NCBI GenBank assembly: GCA_963730935.1
Contig: CAVSTP010000002.1
Coordinates: forward strand, 416,001 to 480,000
Direction of reading: 5' to 3'
Source: an uncultured Nitrospiraceae bacterium
GTDB taxonomy: Bacteria > Nitrospirota > Nitrospiria > Nitrospirales > Nitrospiraceae
Length of the DNA stretch: 64,000 nt
A program made the position numbers and the translations under genes. Numbering within the stretch: position 1 is the first letter of the stretch; every line of letters starts with the position of its first letter. Shown one piece after another: positions 41,120-51,727 of this stretch. The notes under the pieces are model-generated. The model had not been told where the DNA came from. It made no database searches and saw only the letters and a program-made list of their open reading frames with translations.

Positions 41120-43823
41120 ATGGTCGATCGAGAGACGTGAGACGCTCCGCCGGCTTGCCAAGAGTCTGGGACTCCTCTTGGCCGCTCCACTGATCACACT
41201 ACGCTCCCTTCATGCCACGGTCCACGCCGCCACAGAAACAGTCGATGGTGAACACATGAATCAGCTTTCTCCGACTCCCGACGATCCCTTTCGCCTGCCG
41301 CGACATGTCCTTCCCGTCCGATACGAACTGCGGCTTGAGCCCGACTTGCCCGGCGCGACCTTTCACGGCCATGCCACCATCGCGGTCACGGTGGTTCGAC
41401 CGACCGATGTCATTGTCTTCAACTCGCTCGAATTGGCCATCGAGAACGCCGTCGTCGAAGACGTAGCCGGCGGAAGGCAGACGGCTTCTATTGACCTTGA
41501 CGAACCGTTGCAGCGATGCAGGCTGGCGGTCGCTCAACCATTGGCCCCTGGCCAATGGCGGCTGCATATCGAATTTCGCGGTACGCTCAATGACAAGCTT
41601 CGAGGGTTCTACCGGAGCACCTACAAGGATCGGAACGGGTCTACGCAGACGCTCGTGGCAACGCAGTTCGAAGCCACCGATGCACGGCGGGCATTCCCCT
41701 GTTGGGATGAACCGGATTTCAAGGCGGTGTTTTCGACCACGCTCGTCATCGATCCCGCGCTCAGTGCGGTCTCCAACAGCGCTGTCCTGTCGGAAACGCA
41801 GGAGCGCGAAAAGAAAGTGGTCCGGTTCGCCGATACCATGAAGATGTCCACTTATCTGGTCGCGTTTGTGGTCGGGAGGATAGAAGCCAGTGCTCCGACC
41901 TCGGTCGGAATGACGACGCTCCGGTTATGGACGGTCCCCGGCAAGAAACACCTCACCGGATTTGGACAGGACATTGCGTCCGCGTCCTTGCAGTTTTTCG
42001 AGCGCTACTACGGCATTCCCTATCCCGGCGACAAGCTCGATCTTCTGGCCATCCCGGATTTCGCCTCGGGGGCCATGGAAAACCTGGGTGCCATCACCTT
42101 CCGTGAAACCGCCTTGCTGGTCGATCCGCGCAGCGCGACGCATGGGGAACTGGAGCGGGTGGCCGACGTTGTTTCGCATGAGAACGCGCACATGTGGTTC
42201 GGCGATCTGGTGACGATGTCGTGGTGGAATGGGCTGTGGCTCAACGAAGCCTTTGCGACGTTCATGGAAATGCTCGCGGTCGATGCCTGGAAACCCGAAT
42301 GGAAGCGCTGGGATACATTCGGGGTTTCGCGGGCGGCGGCCTTGTCGGTCGACGGATTGAACAGTACGCGACCGATTGAATACGCCGTGCAGGCGCCGAA
42401 GGATGCCGAGGCCATGTTCGACGTCCTGACCTACGAGAAAGGCGCCTCCGTCCTTCGCATGCTCGAGCAGCACATCGGTCCTACGGTGTTTCGCGACGGC
42501 GTCCGGGAATATCTGCTGGCGCATGCCTACGGCAACGCTGATACCAAGGATCTCTGGATCTCTCTCGGAAAGGCCGCGCGGCAAGGGGTGCCTGAACTGA
42601 TGGACGGCTGGATCTTCCAGCCTGGCTATCCGGTGTTGACGGCGGAATTGACCGAACGTATGGAACTCGTCTTGACGCAGCAGCGTTTTACCTATCTTCC
42701 CAACCCTGTGGCCGGTTTCTGGCAGGTGCCCGTCCAGCTTCGGATCCAGACGGGAGACAAGACGGACACTCGCCGGCTGCTGCTCACTCGGCCTGACGAG
42801 CGTGTTGCCTGTCCTGCCGGGACCCAATTCGTGGTCGTGAATGAAGGGGGGCACGGATTTTACCGAGTCCACTATGGCCCTCGCCTCTTGCAACGACTGC
42901 TTGAGAGCCTGGAAACACTCGCTCCCATAGAACGATTCAATCTGGTCAACGACGCCTGGGCGTCCACAGTCGCCGGCTTGATGCCGCTGCCCGCGTACCT
43001 GGACTTGACCGGCCGCTTCACAGGGGAACGAGATAAGAATGTCTGGGCCGTGCTGATCGATTCCCTGGCATTCCTCAACCGCATCATCGATCCGTCTCAT
43101 CGACCTCTGCTGGAGGCATTTGTACGGTCAAGGGTCGGTCCCGCGATCGCGTCGGTGGGATGGACGCCGCAGCCGGATGAAAGCGAGCTGACCAGACAAC
43201 TCAGGAGTGAACTGATCGGCGCATTGGGGCGGCTGGGTAACGATGCGGAGACGCAGGCCCGTGCGGCAGAATTCTACGCCACCGCTCGCAAGGACTCAGC
43301 AGCGGTCGATCCGAATCTTCTTCCCGCCCTCGTGTCCATCCTCGCCTTTACCGGAGATGCGGCCCGTTACGACGAGTTCACCGAGCGGTTCAAAACGGCT
43401 GCCACGCCGCAAGAAGAGCGCCGCTACCTGTTTGCCTTGGCAATGTTTCGGCAGCCGACCCTGCTCGACCGGACGCTTGCCAAGACCCTCGACGGTGAAA
43501 TTCGTATTCAGGATGCACCCTTCATGGTCAGCGCGGTCATGAACAACGTGTATGGTCGTGAACTTGGTTGGCGCTTCGTGAAGACCAACTGGGACGTGTT
43601 GGATCGGCGGTTTCCCAAGCAAGGACTCCGGCGCATGTGCGGCGGCATCACGGGGCTCTGCAAACCCGAACTCGAACGAGACGTCAGGCAGTTCTTCGAC
43701 GCTCGGAAAATCGATCTCGGAGGGAAAACTTTGGACCAGTATCTCGAACAGCTCCGGATCGGCGTTTCCTTCGGAGAGCGTTACGGTAGAAGTCTCACTG
43801 AATATTTGCAAAAAGGCCGTTAG
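41085..43823 (+). CDS. M1 family (puromycin-sensitive-like) aminopeptidase
   Basis: GAMEN, HENAH...NE; ERAP1-like C-domain; start is 41085 (Tat-like leader) or 41256. Confidence 0.93.
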   Translation: MEPRPTTSNGHEWSIERRETLRRLAKSLGLLLAAPLITLRSLHATVHAATETVDGEHMNQLSPTPDDPFRLPRHVLPVRYELRLEPDLPGATFHGHATIAVTVVRPTDVIVFNSLELAIENAVVEDVAGGRQTASIDLDEPLQRCRLAVAQPLAPGQWRLHIEFRGTLNDKLRGFYRSTYKDRNGSTQTLVATQFEATDARRAFPCWDEPDFKAVFSTTLVIDPALSAVSNSAVLSETQEREKKVVRFADTMKMSTYLVAFVVGRIEASAPTSVGMTTLRLWTVPGKKHLTGFGQDIASASLQFFERYYGIPYPGDKLDLLAIPDFASGAMENLGAITFRETALLVDPRSATHGELERVADVVSHENAHMWFGDLVTMSWWNGLWLNEAFATFMEMLAVDAWKPEWKRWDTFGVSRAAALSVDGLNSTRPIEYAVQAPKDAEAMFDVLTYEKGASVLRMLEQHIGPTVFRDGVREYLLAHAYGNADTKDLWISLGKAARQGVPELMDGWIFQPGYPVLTAELTERMELVLTQQRFTYLPNPVAGFWQVPVQLRIQTGDKTDTRRLLLTRPDERVACPAGTQFVVVNEGGHGFYRVHYGPRLLQRLLESLETLAPIERFNLVNDAWASTVAGLMPLPAYLDLTGRFTGERDKNVWAVLIDSLAFLNRIIDPSHRPLLEAFVRSRVGPAIASVGWTPQPDESELTRQLRSELIGALGRLGNDAETQARAAEFYATARKDSAAVDPNLLPALVSILAFTGDAARYDEFTERFKTAATPQEERRYLFALAMFRQPTLLDRTLAKTLDGEIRIQDAPFMVSAVMNNVYGRELGWRFVKTNWDVLDRRFPKQGLRRMCGGITGLCKPELERDVRQFFDARKIDLGGKTLDQYLEQLRIGVSFGERYGRSLTEYLQKGR

Positions 43824-43889
43824 AGAAAGGGCGTCAGGTTGTACATTTTCTGGATTGAGTGGGGGCATGTCTCATAGTAGGCTGGTACC

Positions 43890-45161
43890 ATGTCGTGGTG
43901 GACGTCCCGCACATTGGTTTCAGCCTGCATCGGCCTATTCGCGCTGTTCCATGTTGCCTGTAGCGGCAACGACACTGGCGGAGGAGGAGGAGGAGGAGGA
44001 GGCATGGCTCCTCCTCCAGCCCCGTCCAATAGCTTGCGCCTTCAGCCGGTGGCGGCTTCGGCTGTTCTTGCTTTACCGTTGTTTCTCACGGCAGCCCCAA
44101 ACGATTTGAATCGCCTCTTTATCGTCGAACAGGGAGGGCTCATCCGCATTTTGGATGCGCTGAGCGGCGCTCCTAGGTCCATTCCGTTTCTCGACGTGCG
44201 TGCCCTCATCACGAACCCCTCGATCGGGACAGAACGCGGCCTGCTCGGGATGGCCTTTGACCCCGATTTTGGCCCTCCAATTAACAACCGCCGTTTCTAT
44301 ATTTACTACACCGACACCAACGGCAATATCGTCATCGCGCGCTACTTGGCAAGCGCTGCCAATTCTGATGTTGCGAATCCTGGTTCCGATAGGATCCTCA
44401 AAACCATTACTCGAGATCCCGCGAACGACAATCATAATGGCGGGATGCTCGCATTCGGACCGGACCGCTGTCTCTACGCCGCGACCGGAGACGGCGGAGG
44501 AGTCGGTGACCCACCGAACAATGCCCAGACTACCACGTCGCTCTTGGGGAAAATCCTTCGACTCGATCCGGAGAACGGAAATGCCTGCACCTTCATCACG
44601 AGCAATCCATTTGCGACCAGCGGCGGAGCTCCGGAGGTGTGGAGCTATGGCCTGCGCAACCCCTTTCGTTTTTCCTTCGACCGTACAACCGGCAACCTCT
44701 ACATCGGCGACGTCGGGCAGAGCCAGCGTGAAGAAGTCGATGCCGTACTGGCTCCGAGTGCCGGTAGTGGACTCAACTTCGGGTGGAAGATCATGGAAGG
44801 GTTTCTTTGTTTCAATCCCCCGAGCGGGTGCAATACGTCAGGCCTGACACTTCCCATCCTCGATTACGCGCACGACCCCGACACGGGGGCCTGCTCGATC
44901 ATCGGCGGGTACGTCTATCGAGGAACATCCAATGCCGCCGTGGTCGGTACCTATTTTTATGCCGATTTTTGCGCGGGATTTGTCAGAAGTTTTCTCTTGC
45001 AAAATGGTCAACTTGGTACGCAGAACACTTGGCCGTTGCTCAGTCCTCCTTCAGGAGAGCAAATAACCAGTTTTGGTGAAGACGCCCGTGGTGAGCTGTA
45101 CCTCATTACACAGAACCTCACGACGCAGACAGGCAAGGTGTTCCGCGTCACTGCTAACTAA
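43890..45161 (+). CDS. PQQ-dependent glucose/sorbosone dehydrogenase family lipoprotein
   Basis: HVAC lipobox; ERGLLGMAFDP, HNGGMLAFGPD, GLRNPFR. Confidence 0.9.
   Translation: MSWWTSRTLVSACIGLFALFHVACSGNDTGGGGGGGGGMAPPPAPSNSLRLQPVAASAVLALPLFLTAAPNDLNRLFIVEQGGLIRILDALSGAPRSIPFLDVRALITNPSIGTERGLLGMAFDPDFGPPINNRRFYIYYTDTNGNIVIARYLASAANSDVANPGSDRILKTITRDPANDNHNGGMLAFGPDRCLYAATGDGGGVGDPPNNAQTTTSLLGKILRLDPENGNACTFITSNPFATSGGAPEVWSYGLRNPFRFSFDRTTGNLYIGDVGQSQREEVDAVLAPSAGSGLNFGWKIMEGFLCFNPPSGCNTSGLTLPILDYAHDPDTGACSIIGGYVYRGTSNAAVVGTYFYADFCAGFVRSFLLQNGQLGTQNTWPLLSPPSGEQITSFGEDARGELYLITQNLTTQTGKVFRVTAN
43980..44000 (+). repeat. (GGA)7 trinucleotide repeat encoding a poly-Gly linker
   Basis: GGA x7 flanked by GGC codons (Gly9). 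Confidence 0.85.
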
Positions 45162-45175
45162 CTCGGTCGCGTCTT

Positions 45176-47839
45176 TCATTCATGCCGCAGGATCGCCAGC
45201 GGCCTCTGGCCGAGGATCCGAAACGTGCTGAGCAAGCCAACGACTAATGTCAGCAGCACGGTGCAACTCAGTCCAATCAACAGCACCATCGGATGCAGAC
45301 TCCACGTCAAATCAAAGACGTGGGTCAACAGCAGCCACGACAGCGCGCTCGACAATCCCACCGCTAGCACTCCGCCGATGCACCCGAGCAGCGCATACTC
45401 GGCAGCAAATGTCCTCGCGATCAGGCCGCGAGTGGCGCCCACCGCCTTAAGAATGACCGATTCATAAAGCCGCCGATATCTGGTTGCCGCCAGCGCCGCC
45501 GCCATCACCAGTCCGCCCGTCACGACGCAGAAGAGCGCGACGGCTCGAATGGCCAAGGCGAGGCGATCCAGGACGTTTGCAAAGTTGCGGAGAACGTCAC
45601 CGACGTGGATCGCACTGACGTTCGGAAAGGCCTCGACCACAGCCTCCTGCAGCGGAATTTCCTGGTCAGGGTCGACGCGGATTGTCGCCACATACGTGAC
45701 CGGGGCCCCGTCAAGCGATCCCGGCGACAGTATCATGTAAAAGTTGGTGGAAAAGTTCCCCCAATCCACTTTGCGGATGCTCGACACCTCGGCGCTGATC
45801 GTGGCCCCTTGGATATCTAGTTCGAGCCGGGACCCCACGTCCAGTCCCAAGGCATGTGCCGCCTCTTCTTCGATCGACACCTGCGGCGCGGCAAAGCGCT
45901 GTCCCGCCTGCCACCACGCGCCGCGAATAATCTCGTTCCCTTTCGGCAGCTGCTCCAGAAACGTCAGCACGTACTCCCGCGAGAAATACCACTGCTTTCG
46001 CCGTTCTTCCTTGCCCTCTTCGCGCCGCTCCTCTTGGTCCCGTTCCTCGTCGACTTTCACTTCTTCGCCGTTTACGGCATGGAGTCGAGACCGCACGAGC
46101 GGGGTCATCTCCGGCCTGCGCCCGGCCGTTCGCTCGGCGATCAGCTTGGCAAAACCTGCTGTTTGGTCCGGCTGCAGATCGATGAAGAAGAATGTCGGCG
46201 CATCCACCGGCCGAGTCTCGCCGACCTGTCGAAGCAACGCACGCTCGACCAAGTAGACCGTGACAATGACCATCACGCTCAGCCCTATCGCCACGAGTAT
46301 CCCCGCTGTATGTCCGCCGGGCCGCAGCACATTGCCGATCGCGTAGCGCAGTGTGAGAGAGGGAGGTTTGGGGATCAGGCGCAGACCTGCTACCAGCAGC
46401 CGTGCGCAGCCGAGCAACGTGAGGATGGCGATGGCCACGCCTCCGATGTACCAGCCGCCAACCCGCCATGAACCGGCCTGCCAGACGGACAAGGCTGCAA
46501 GTCCGAAGATGAGCGCGCCGGCGGCGGTCATACCGAACCGGTCCTGCAAGCCTATTTTGGCTCTCCAGGAGGACCTGGACGAAGCACCGCCTGTCTCCTG
46601 ATCCACCTCGCGCCGGAAAATCGCCGAGGGAGCGACGTCCCGAACTCGCAACAGAGGCCAGAGCGAGAAGAGCAGCGTGGTGAGCAATCCCAATGCGCCG
46701 CCTTTGAGAAGCGGGCCGATCGAAACCGCCGAAAGTTCCGTGGATGCGCCGACTTGATCAAGCAGATCGCTCACGAACGCCCCAGCCAGTAACGGCGGAA
46801 GCACGCGCTGGAGCAGGATGCCGAGCAGCATCCCGGCCCCGCTCCCGATCAACCCCAGCCCCAGCGCCTGCAGCACATAGGCCCCAATCAGCACGGACGA
46901 ATCGGCACCGAGAGTTTTCAGGATGGCGATGGTTTTCAATTTTTCCTGCATGAAGGCATGGATCGACATGGCCACGCCGAGGCCGCCGATGAACAAGGCC
47001 GTCAAGCCGACGAGGCCTAGATAACGGGACAACTGTTCGAGAAACTGCTTGAGCTGAGGTTGAGCGTCGCGATAGCCGGAGACACGCACGTGATCGGCAA
47101 CCAAACGGCCGCGTAGTTCCGCGCGCAAGGGCTCGAGCGGCATTTGAGGAGGCAGCTGGAGCAGTTCCCGTTCACGGATCCGGCTGCCCGGCTGCACCAG
47201 TGCCGACGATTTCAGGCCCGCCGCTGAGATGATGACACGTGGACCCAGACTGAAGGCATTGGCCATTCGATCGGGTTCGGTGCGGACCAGGCCCGTGATC
47301 AGAAATTCCGCCTTCCCGATCTTGAAGCGATCCCCGATGGCAAGTCCCATGCGAAGCAGCAGCGCTTCCTGTACCACCGCGCCATGGCAGGGAAGCGTCT
47401 CACACTGTGACCGATCCGGATGCAGCAGTCGATCCAAAGGTTGTAAGGGCTCGGTCTTCAAAGCCCCGTACAAGGGATACCCAGCCTCCACCGCCTTGAG
47501 TTCCACAATCTGTGTCGCTTGAGCGGTCGTGGCCTCCCCTGCGGTGCGGGCGGCCATGGCCACCAACTCGCTGATATGCGTGCGCGTAACGCTTCGCTGG
47601 TCGAGTGTGTCGAGGACCGTCCGGCTTTCGGCGCTCAAGGGATGGGAAGAGCGGATCTCAAGATCGCCTCCGAGCAAGCCCTTGGCCTGTCTGGATACGG
47701 CATGCTCCACATGAGCGGCAAAGAGCGACACGCCGACCAGCGCGCTGACCCCAATCGCGATGCAGACAAAAAAATACAGAAAGTGGCGCCAGGCCCCCCG
47801 AGTTTCACGCCAGGCCATGCGGAACATGAAGGGGCTCAC
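45176..47839 (-). CDS. ybbP: YbbP-like FtsX/MacB-family ABC permease
   Basis: LLGGDL, IAILKTLGA, PTFFFIDLQPDQ, RKVDWGNFSTNFY. Confidence 0.88.
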   Translation of the reverse strand: MSPFMFRMAWRETRGAWRHFLYFFVCIAIGVSALVGVSLFAAHVEHAVSRQAKGLLGGDLEIRSSHPLSAESRTVLDTLDQRSVTRTHISELVAMAARTAGEATTAQATQIVELKAVEAGYPLYGALKTEPLQPLDRLLHPDRSQCETLPCHGAVVQEALLLRMGLAIGDRFKIGKAEFLITGLVRTEPDRMANAFSLGPRVIISAAGLKSSALVQPGSRIRERELLQLPPQMPLEPLRAELRGRLVADHVRVSGYRDAQPQLKQFLEQLSRYLGLVGLTALFIGGLGVAMSIHAFMQEKLKTIAILKTLGADSSVLIGAYVLQALGLGLIGSGAGMLLGILLQRVLPPLLAGAFVSDLLDQVGASTELSAVSIGPLLKGGALGLLTTLLFSLWPLLRVRDVAPSAIFRREVDQETGGASSRSSWRAKIGLQDRFGMTAAGALIFGLAALSVWQAGSWRVGGWYIGGVAIAILTLLGCARLLVAGLRLIPKPPSLTLRYAIGNVLRPGGHTAGILVAIGLSVMVIVTVYLVERALLRQVGETRPVDAPTFFFIDLQPDQTAGFAKLIAERTAGRRPEMTPLVRSRLHAVNGEEVKVDEERDQEERREEGKEERRKQWYFSREYVLTFLEQLPKGNEIIRGAWWQAGQRFAAPQVSIEEEAAHALGLDVGSRLELDIQGATISAEVSSIRKVDWGNFSTNFYMILSPGSLDGAPVTYVATIRVDPDQEIPLQEAVVEAFPNVSAIHVGDVLRNFANVLDRLALAIRAVALFCVVTGGLVMAAALAATRYRRLYESVILKAVGATRGLIARTFAAEYALLGCIGGVLAVGLSSALSWLLLTHVFDLTWSLHPMVLLIGLSCTVLLTLVVGLLSTFRILGQRPLAILRHE

Positions 47840-48537
47840 AACGCGTTCTCGCCAGGTCCGGTCCGGGGAAGGATTTCGTCGGACTCGATGCGCCCATCCC
47901 GTAGAGCGATCACCCGATGCATCAAGCTCGCGATGGCACGGTCATGCGTGACCAGCACCAAGGTGGTCCCGTAATCACGATGAAGGGCCAGTACAAGATC
48001 CATGATGTGGTGTCCGGTCTGTGAATCCAGGTTCCCCGTCGGTTCGTCGGCCAATAGGATTGGGGGCCGGCAGGCAAAGGCTCGTGCCACGGCGACCCGT
48101 TGCTGTTCACCTCCGGAGAGCTGGACCGGGTAGTGATCGATTCGGTTGCCCAACCCCACGGTCTGCAACAATTCGATCGCTTGGTCTCTCGCAGCAGCGT
48201 TCCCAGACAGTTCCAACGGGACGAGTACATTTTCCAAAGCAGTCAGCGTGGGAATCAGATGGAAGGACTGAAAGATATAGCCGATCTTCGCGCGCCGGAA
48301 CTTGGCCATTCGGCTTTCGGACAACGAGGTGATCTCGGTGCCGTCCAGCGTGATCGCCCCCGCCGTCGGACGGTCGAGGCCGGCCATCAATCCCAACAAG
48401 GTCGACTTTCCGCTCCCCGATGGACCCATGACGGCCACCGTTTGTTTCGAGGGAATTTCCAGCGTCACGTCGTCGAGAATAGTGACTGGTCGGCCGGCGG
48501 CGGTCAGACGCATGGATAGATGTTGCACCTCAATCAT
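47836..48537 (-). CDS. ybbA: YbbA-like ABC ATP-binding protein
   Basis: [27 protein letters not shown]. Confidence 0.9.
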   Translation of the reverse strand: MIEVQHLSMRLTAAGRPVTILDDVTLEIPSKQTVAVMGPSGSGKSTLLGLMAGLDRPTAGAITLDGTEITSLSESRMAKFRRAKIGYIFQSFHLIPTLTALENVLVPLELSGNAAARDQAIELLQTVGLGNRIDHYPVQLSGGEQQRVAVARAFACRPPILLADEPTGNLDSQTGHHIMDLVLALHRDYGTTLVLVTHDRAIASLMHRVIALRDGRIESDEILPRTGPGENAL

Positions 48538-48594
48538 GAGAAGCGCTCCTTGAACACATCGGTTGAGGATCAGATGGTATTATACTGAAGTCCG

Positions 48595-49257
48595 ATGCCA
48601 ACCAGAGAACTTCTCAACGCCTTCGCCAAGCCGCTGTTTCTGACGCTGTGGCTCATCGCGTGGGTCATCGGCCATTCATCGGCAGCCGTTTCCGATGATG
48701 ATAGGCCACGGATCGTGGCGTTCGGCGACAGTCTCACTGCGGGGTTGGGCGTTGCAGCGGAAGAGGCGTACCCGGCACGGTTACAGCGTCGATTGGACGA
48801 GCAGGGCCTCCGCTATCGGGTGATCAACGCAGGGGTGAGCGGAGACACGACAGCGGGCGGCCTGCGACGGGTGGATTGGGTGCTCAAAAGCCGCCCAGAT
48901 CTCGTGATCCTCGAGTTGGGCGGAAACGACGGGCTTCGCGGGCTCAACCTCGATGAGACCAAAGCGAACCTCGAGCGGATCATCAGGCGGTGTCAAGATG
49001 CGTCGGTCACGGTAATTCTCGCGGGAATGAAGCTCCCGCCGAACTATGGTACAGAGTATACGAAAGGTTTCGAGGCAATCTATCCGGCCCTCGCCAAGCA
49101 GTACCGCTTGATGCTGATTCCGTTTTTTCTCGATGGCGTGGCAGGGTCGGCGTCGCTTAACCAAGCCGACGGCATTCATCCTACAAGCGAGGGCTACCGC
49201 ATCATCACCGACAAGGTGCTGGAAACTGTGAAGCCGCTGCTCAACGGAAGGAAATGA
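48595..49257 (+). CDS. tesA: Arylesterase / acyl-CoA thioesterase I (SGNH)
   Basis: GDSL, GGNDGLRG, DGIHP; divergent from ybbA as in the known tesA-ybbAP arrangement. Confidence 0.92.
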   Translation: MPTRELLNAFAKPLFLTLWLIAWVIGHSSAAVSDDDRPRIVAFGDSLTAGLGVAAEEAYPARLQRRLDEQGLRYRVINAGVSGDTTAGGLRRVDWVLKSRPDLVILELGGNDGLRGLNLDETKANLERIIRRCQDASVTVILAGMKLPPNYGTEYTKGFEAIYPALAKQYRLMLIPFFLDGVAGSASLNQADGIHPTSEGYRIITDKVLETVKPLLNGRK

Positions 49258-49347
49258 CGTGAGGACCGGCGGATATTGCAGAGGAACACCCCGAGCTTAC
49301 CGGCGGAGCCTGGAGCCCGGGGACGACCGACAACGAAAGAGTGCCGG

Positions 49348-49533
49348 TCAGCTTTTCTTGAAGAACGTATCGTAGACGCCGTAGGCGAGCACGATACCGA
49401 TGAGGGCGTAATACATGCTGCTGATACCGCTGTAGTCCGGTGCCCCACCCTTCGGCTCATTGGCGAACGCAACTGAAGCGCCGATCAAGAGCGTCCCCGC
49501 GACTGCACTGACCTGTCCAAGCATCTTGCTCAT
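49348..49533 (-). CDS. Small (61 aa) membrane protein with a signal peptide
   Basis: RBS GAGGAGG; AFA cleavage site; one TM followed by FFKKS. Confidence 0.75.
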   Translation of the reverse strand: MSKMLGQVSAVAGTLLIGASVAFANEPKGGAPDYSGISSMYYALIGIVLAYGVYDTFFKKS

Positions 49534-49656
49534 GTGAAACCCTCCTCGAAACGGTGGACAAAAACGAGGCCGCATTCTACTGAAATCGTCGGATCGGACG
49601 CAAGGGGCAAGAGACGGAACGACGGTCGGAACCAAGAACGTGTGGAAAGGAAAGAC

Positions 49657-50553
49657 CTAGGAGGCGGGGCTTAATTTGGTGATGGTCTTGAGGGCGGCGG
49701 CGACTTCCCTGAAGGACGTAGCAAGCTTATCCAGCTGTGTGCCCTTGGAGATGAGCTCACCGGCAATGGTCTTGATCTGGCTGTCGTAGCCACCCACTTC
49801 CGAAGCGATTTCCGCCACCTTGGTGAACAGGTCCTGATAGCCCATGACTTCCTGCTGTAGCTGTTGCAATTGCGTTTGGGCTGCCTTGACCTCTGTCATG
49901 GACGCCTGAAGCTGCTGAGTCATGCGCTGGACATACGCCTCGCGGTCGCGTTGTTCCGACTCGAGGGTCAGCTGAATTTCTTCGCTTTCGCGACGGCGCT
50001 CGTCCAAATCGCGAATGATCTGTGTCCAGGCCGCAAGGTCACCGCTCAACCGCGATGCATCCGGCAGCGCGTGCCCCTTCTCCAAGGCCTTCATCGCCGG
50101 CTGCAACCATTCGATAAACGCCAGAACCTCGCTCAATCGCAAGTCGGCGGAGACACTCGACAACATGGTGGAATTCGCGTTCGGTGTCTCGGCGGTAACG
50201 GGCGGAGACGGTTTGACCTTCTTGGCACGAGGCTGGACCCAGCGATGGTATTCCAAGAGTACCGCAATGCAATGCCGGCACATGGGCTCTTCCGGCAAAG
50301 AACAGCTGCACTTGGAGACCAGGTGACCGTCCTTCAGTCGGATGGTCTGCTCGTAGAGGCCCGAATTGCCGATGACCGCCGAAGAGATCTGGGCTTCATC
50401 CGCCTCGACGATGCGTACGCGGTTTTCCGACAAGTACTGACTTCCCAAGTGGAAGGCATTCCGGTCGACGACCCCTTGGATCATATGGGGATCCAGAAGG
50501 CTTAAGCGTTCCGCCGAACAAGGAATCTTGTTCCGCATGCGACGATGCTCCAT
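49657..50553 (-). CDS. SWIM zinc finger protein with a C-terminal coiled coil
   Basis: CSC-x7-CRH; heptad-rich C-terminal half. Confidence 0.85.
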   Translation of the reverse strand: MEHRRMRNKIPCSAERLSLLDPHMIQGVVDRNAFHLGSQYLSENRVRIVEADEAQISSAVIGNSGLYEQTIRLKDGHLVSKCSCSLPEEPMCRHCIAVLLEYHRWVQPRAKKVKPSPPVTAETPNANSTMLSSVSADLRLSEVLAFIEWLQPAMKALEKGHALPDASRLSGDLAAWTQIIRDLDERRRESEEIQLTLESEQRDREAYVQRMTQQLQASMTEVKAAQTQLQQLQQEVMGYQDLFTKVAEIASEVGGYDSQIKTIAGELISKGTQLDKLATSFREVAAALKTITKLSPAS

Positions 50554-50664
50554 TCGCTAGGCGAATTCTCGTCTAGCTTCACACCTTAAATTGTACCCTA
50601 GTGTGAAACGCCGCGCCGAAAGTGTCAAGAAGAGTAGCAATCTTCACCGCACGGTTGGCGGACG

Positions 50665-51663
50665 TCAGCGGCAGCGTCGAGGCATCCCCCCCTCGCTGAC
50701 CGATGTGAGCCAGATATAATCGGCGATCCTGCTCGTGAGCATCTCCCGCAGCTCCTCTCGACGTCCCTCATCGTAGGAGGTCATATAGATGCTGACCTGT
50801 CGAATCGTGCCGGATAGGCGCCGGGCGACTCGTTGAGGAACCGGCAGGTTGTATTGAACGTGTCCTCCCCCCGTGTAGCTGACGACAGGTCCTGCTGCAG
50901 GATCCGCGGAACCACGCAGGGATTCCACCAGGCTCACGATGGTCTTCGCCATGCCTTCATCGCGAACCATCGACGCTTCGTACATCGTCTGATACATGTC
51001 ATCGGAGCCTCCGCCATGACACGCACGCAACTGCTCGACAATTTTCTGACGGTAAGAGGGATCATCGACGATCGTTTCCTCCTGCATGTTCCAGCGGGTC
51101 CAATCCTCCTCGCGGCGCGCCTGTGCGAGACCCCTTTTTGCCACGAGTCTCACGAGCGGTTTCGGAGGATTAAGCGCCACCAAGCGCAGATGTTCCGTTT
51201 TCGAAAAGTTGACTAACGGCTCATAGGTCTCGTATGGGCCTCCCCAGTTCTGAGTCCATCCGATCTGACTGAGAAAATCCTGCCGGGTCAGGTCGTTGCC
51301 TTGGATATAGCGGTCCAGCAAGGGCTGACTCTCCCAACCGAACATTTCCATGGCGACGACTGGACGACGGCCTGCCCGAGAAAGACGATTCAAGAGCGAC
51401 AGGGCTGTCTCGACGTGAAAGCGGTTATGGTGCTCTTCACCCACGTAGACAACCTCCTGCGGAAGCAGGCGGCGCATGAGTTCTTCAATAGAAATCGATT
51501 GTTCATTCGCCGTATCGATGATCTGCCCGGATCGGAAACTGCTCACCGCCTCCATGACAGGACCGGACGAGGCAGAGGTCTCTATTCCGGCGCAGGCGGC
51601 TGAGATCAGGAACGCACAGGGCAAAAGGACCGGTGCAAGAGGTTGTGGTAGTCGCCGCATCAT
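50665..51663 (-). CDS. ChaN/PhuW-family lipoprotein
   Basis: VYVGEEHH, AMEMF, RDEGMA, GGGHV; SAAC lipobox-like. Confidence 0.85.
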   Translation of the reverse strand: MMRRLPQPLAPVLLPCAFLISAACAGIETSASSGPVMEAVSSFRSGQIIDTANEQSISIEELMRRLLPQEVVYVGEEHHNRFHVETALSLLNRLSRAGRRPVVAMEMFGWESQPLLDRYIQGNDLTRQDFLSQIGWTQNWGGPYETYEPLVNFSKTEHLRLVALNPPKPLVRLVAKRGLAQARREEDWTRWNMQEETIVDDPSYRQKIVEQLRACHGGGSDDMYQTMYEASMVRDEGMAKTIVSLVESLRGSADPAAGPVVSYTGGGHVQYNLPVPQRVARRLSGTIRQVSIYMTSYDEGRREELREMLTSRIADYIWLTSVSEGGMPRRCR

Positions 51664-51727
51664 CGCCGTTCCAATAATCTGTCTTTGTTCCTAACACACG
51701 CGTCTCGGCCCGACAAGACAACCAATC

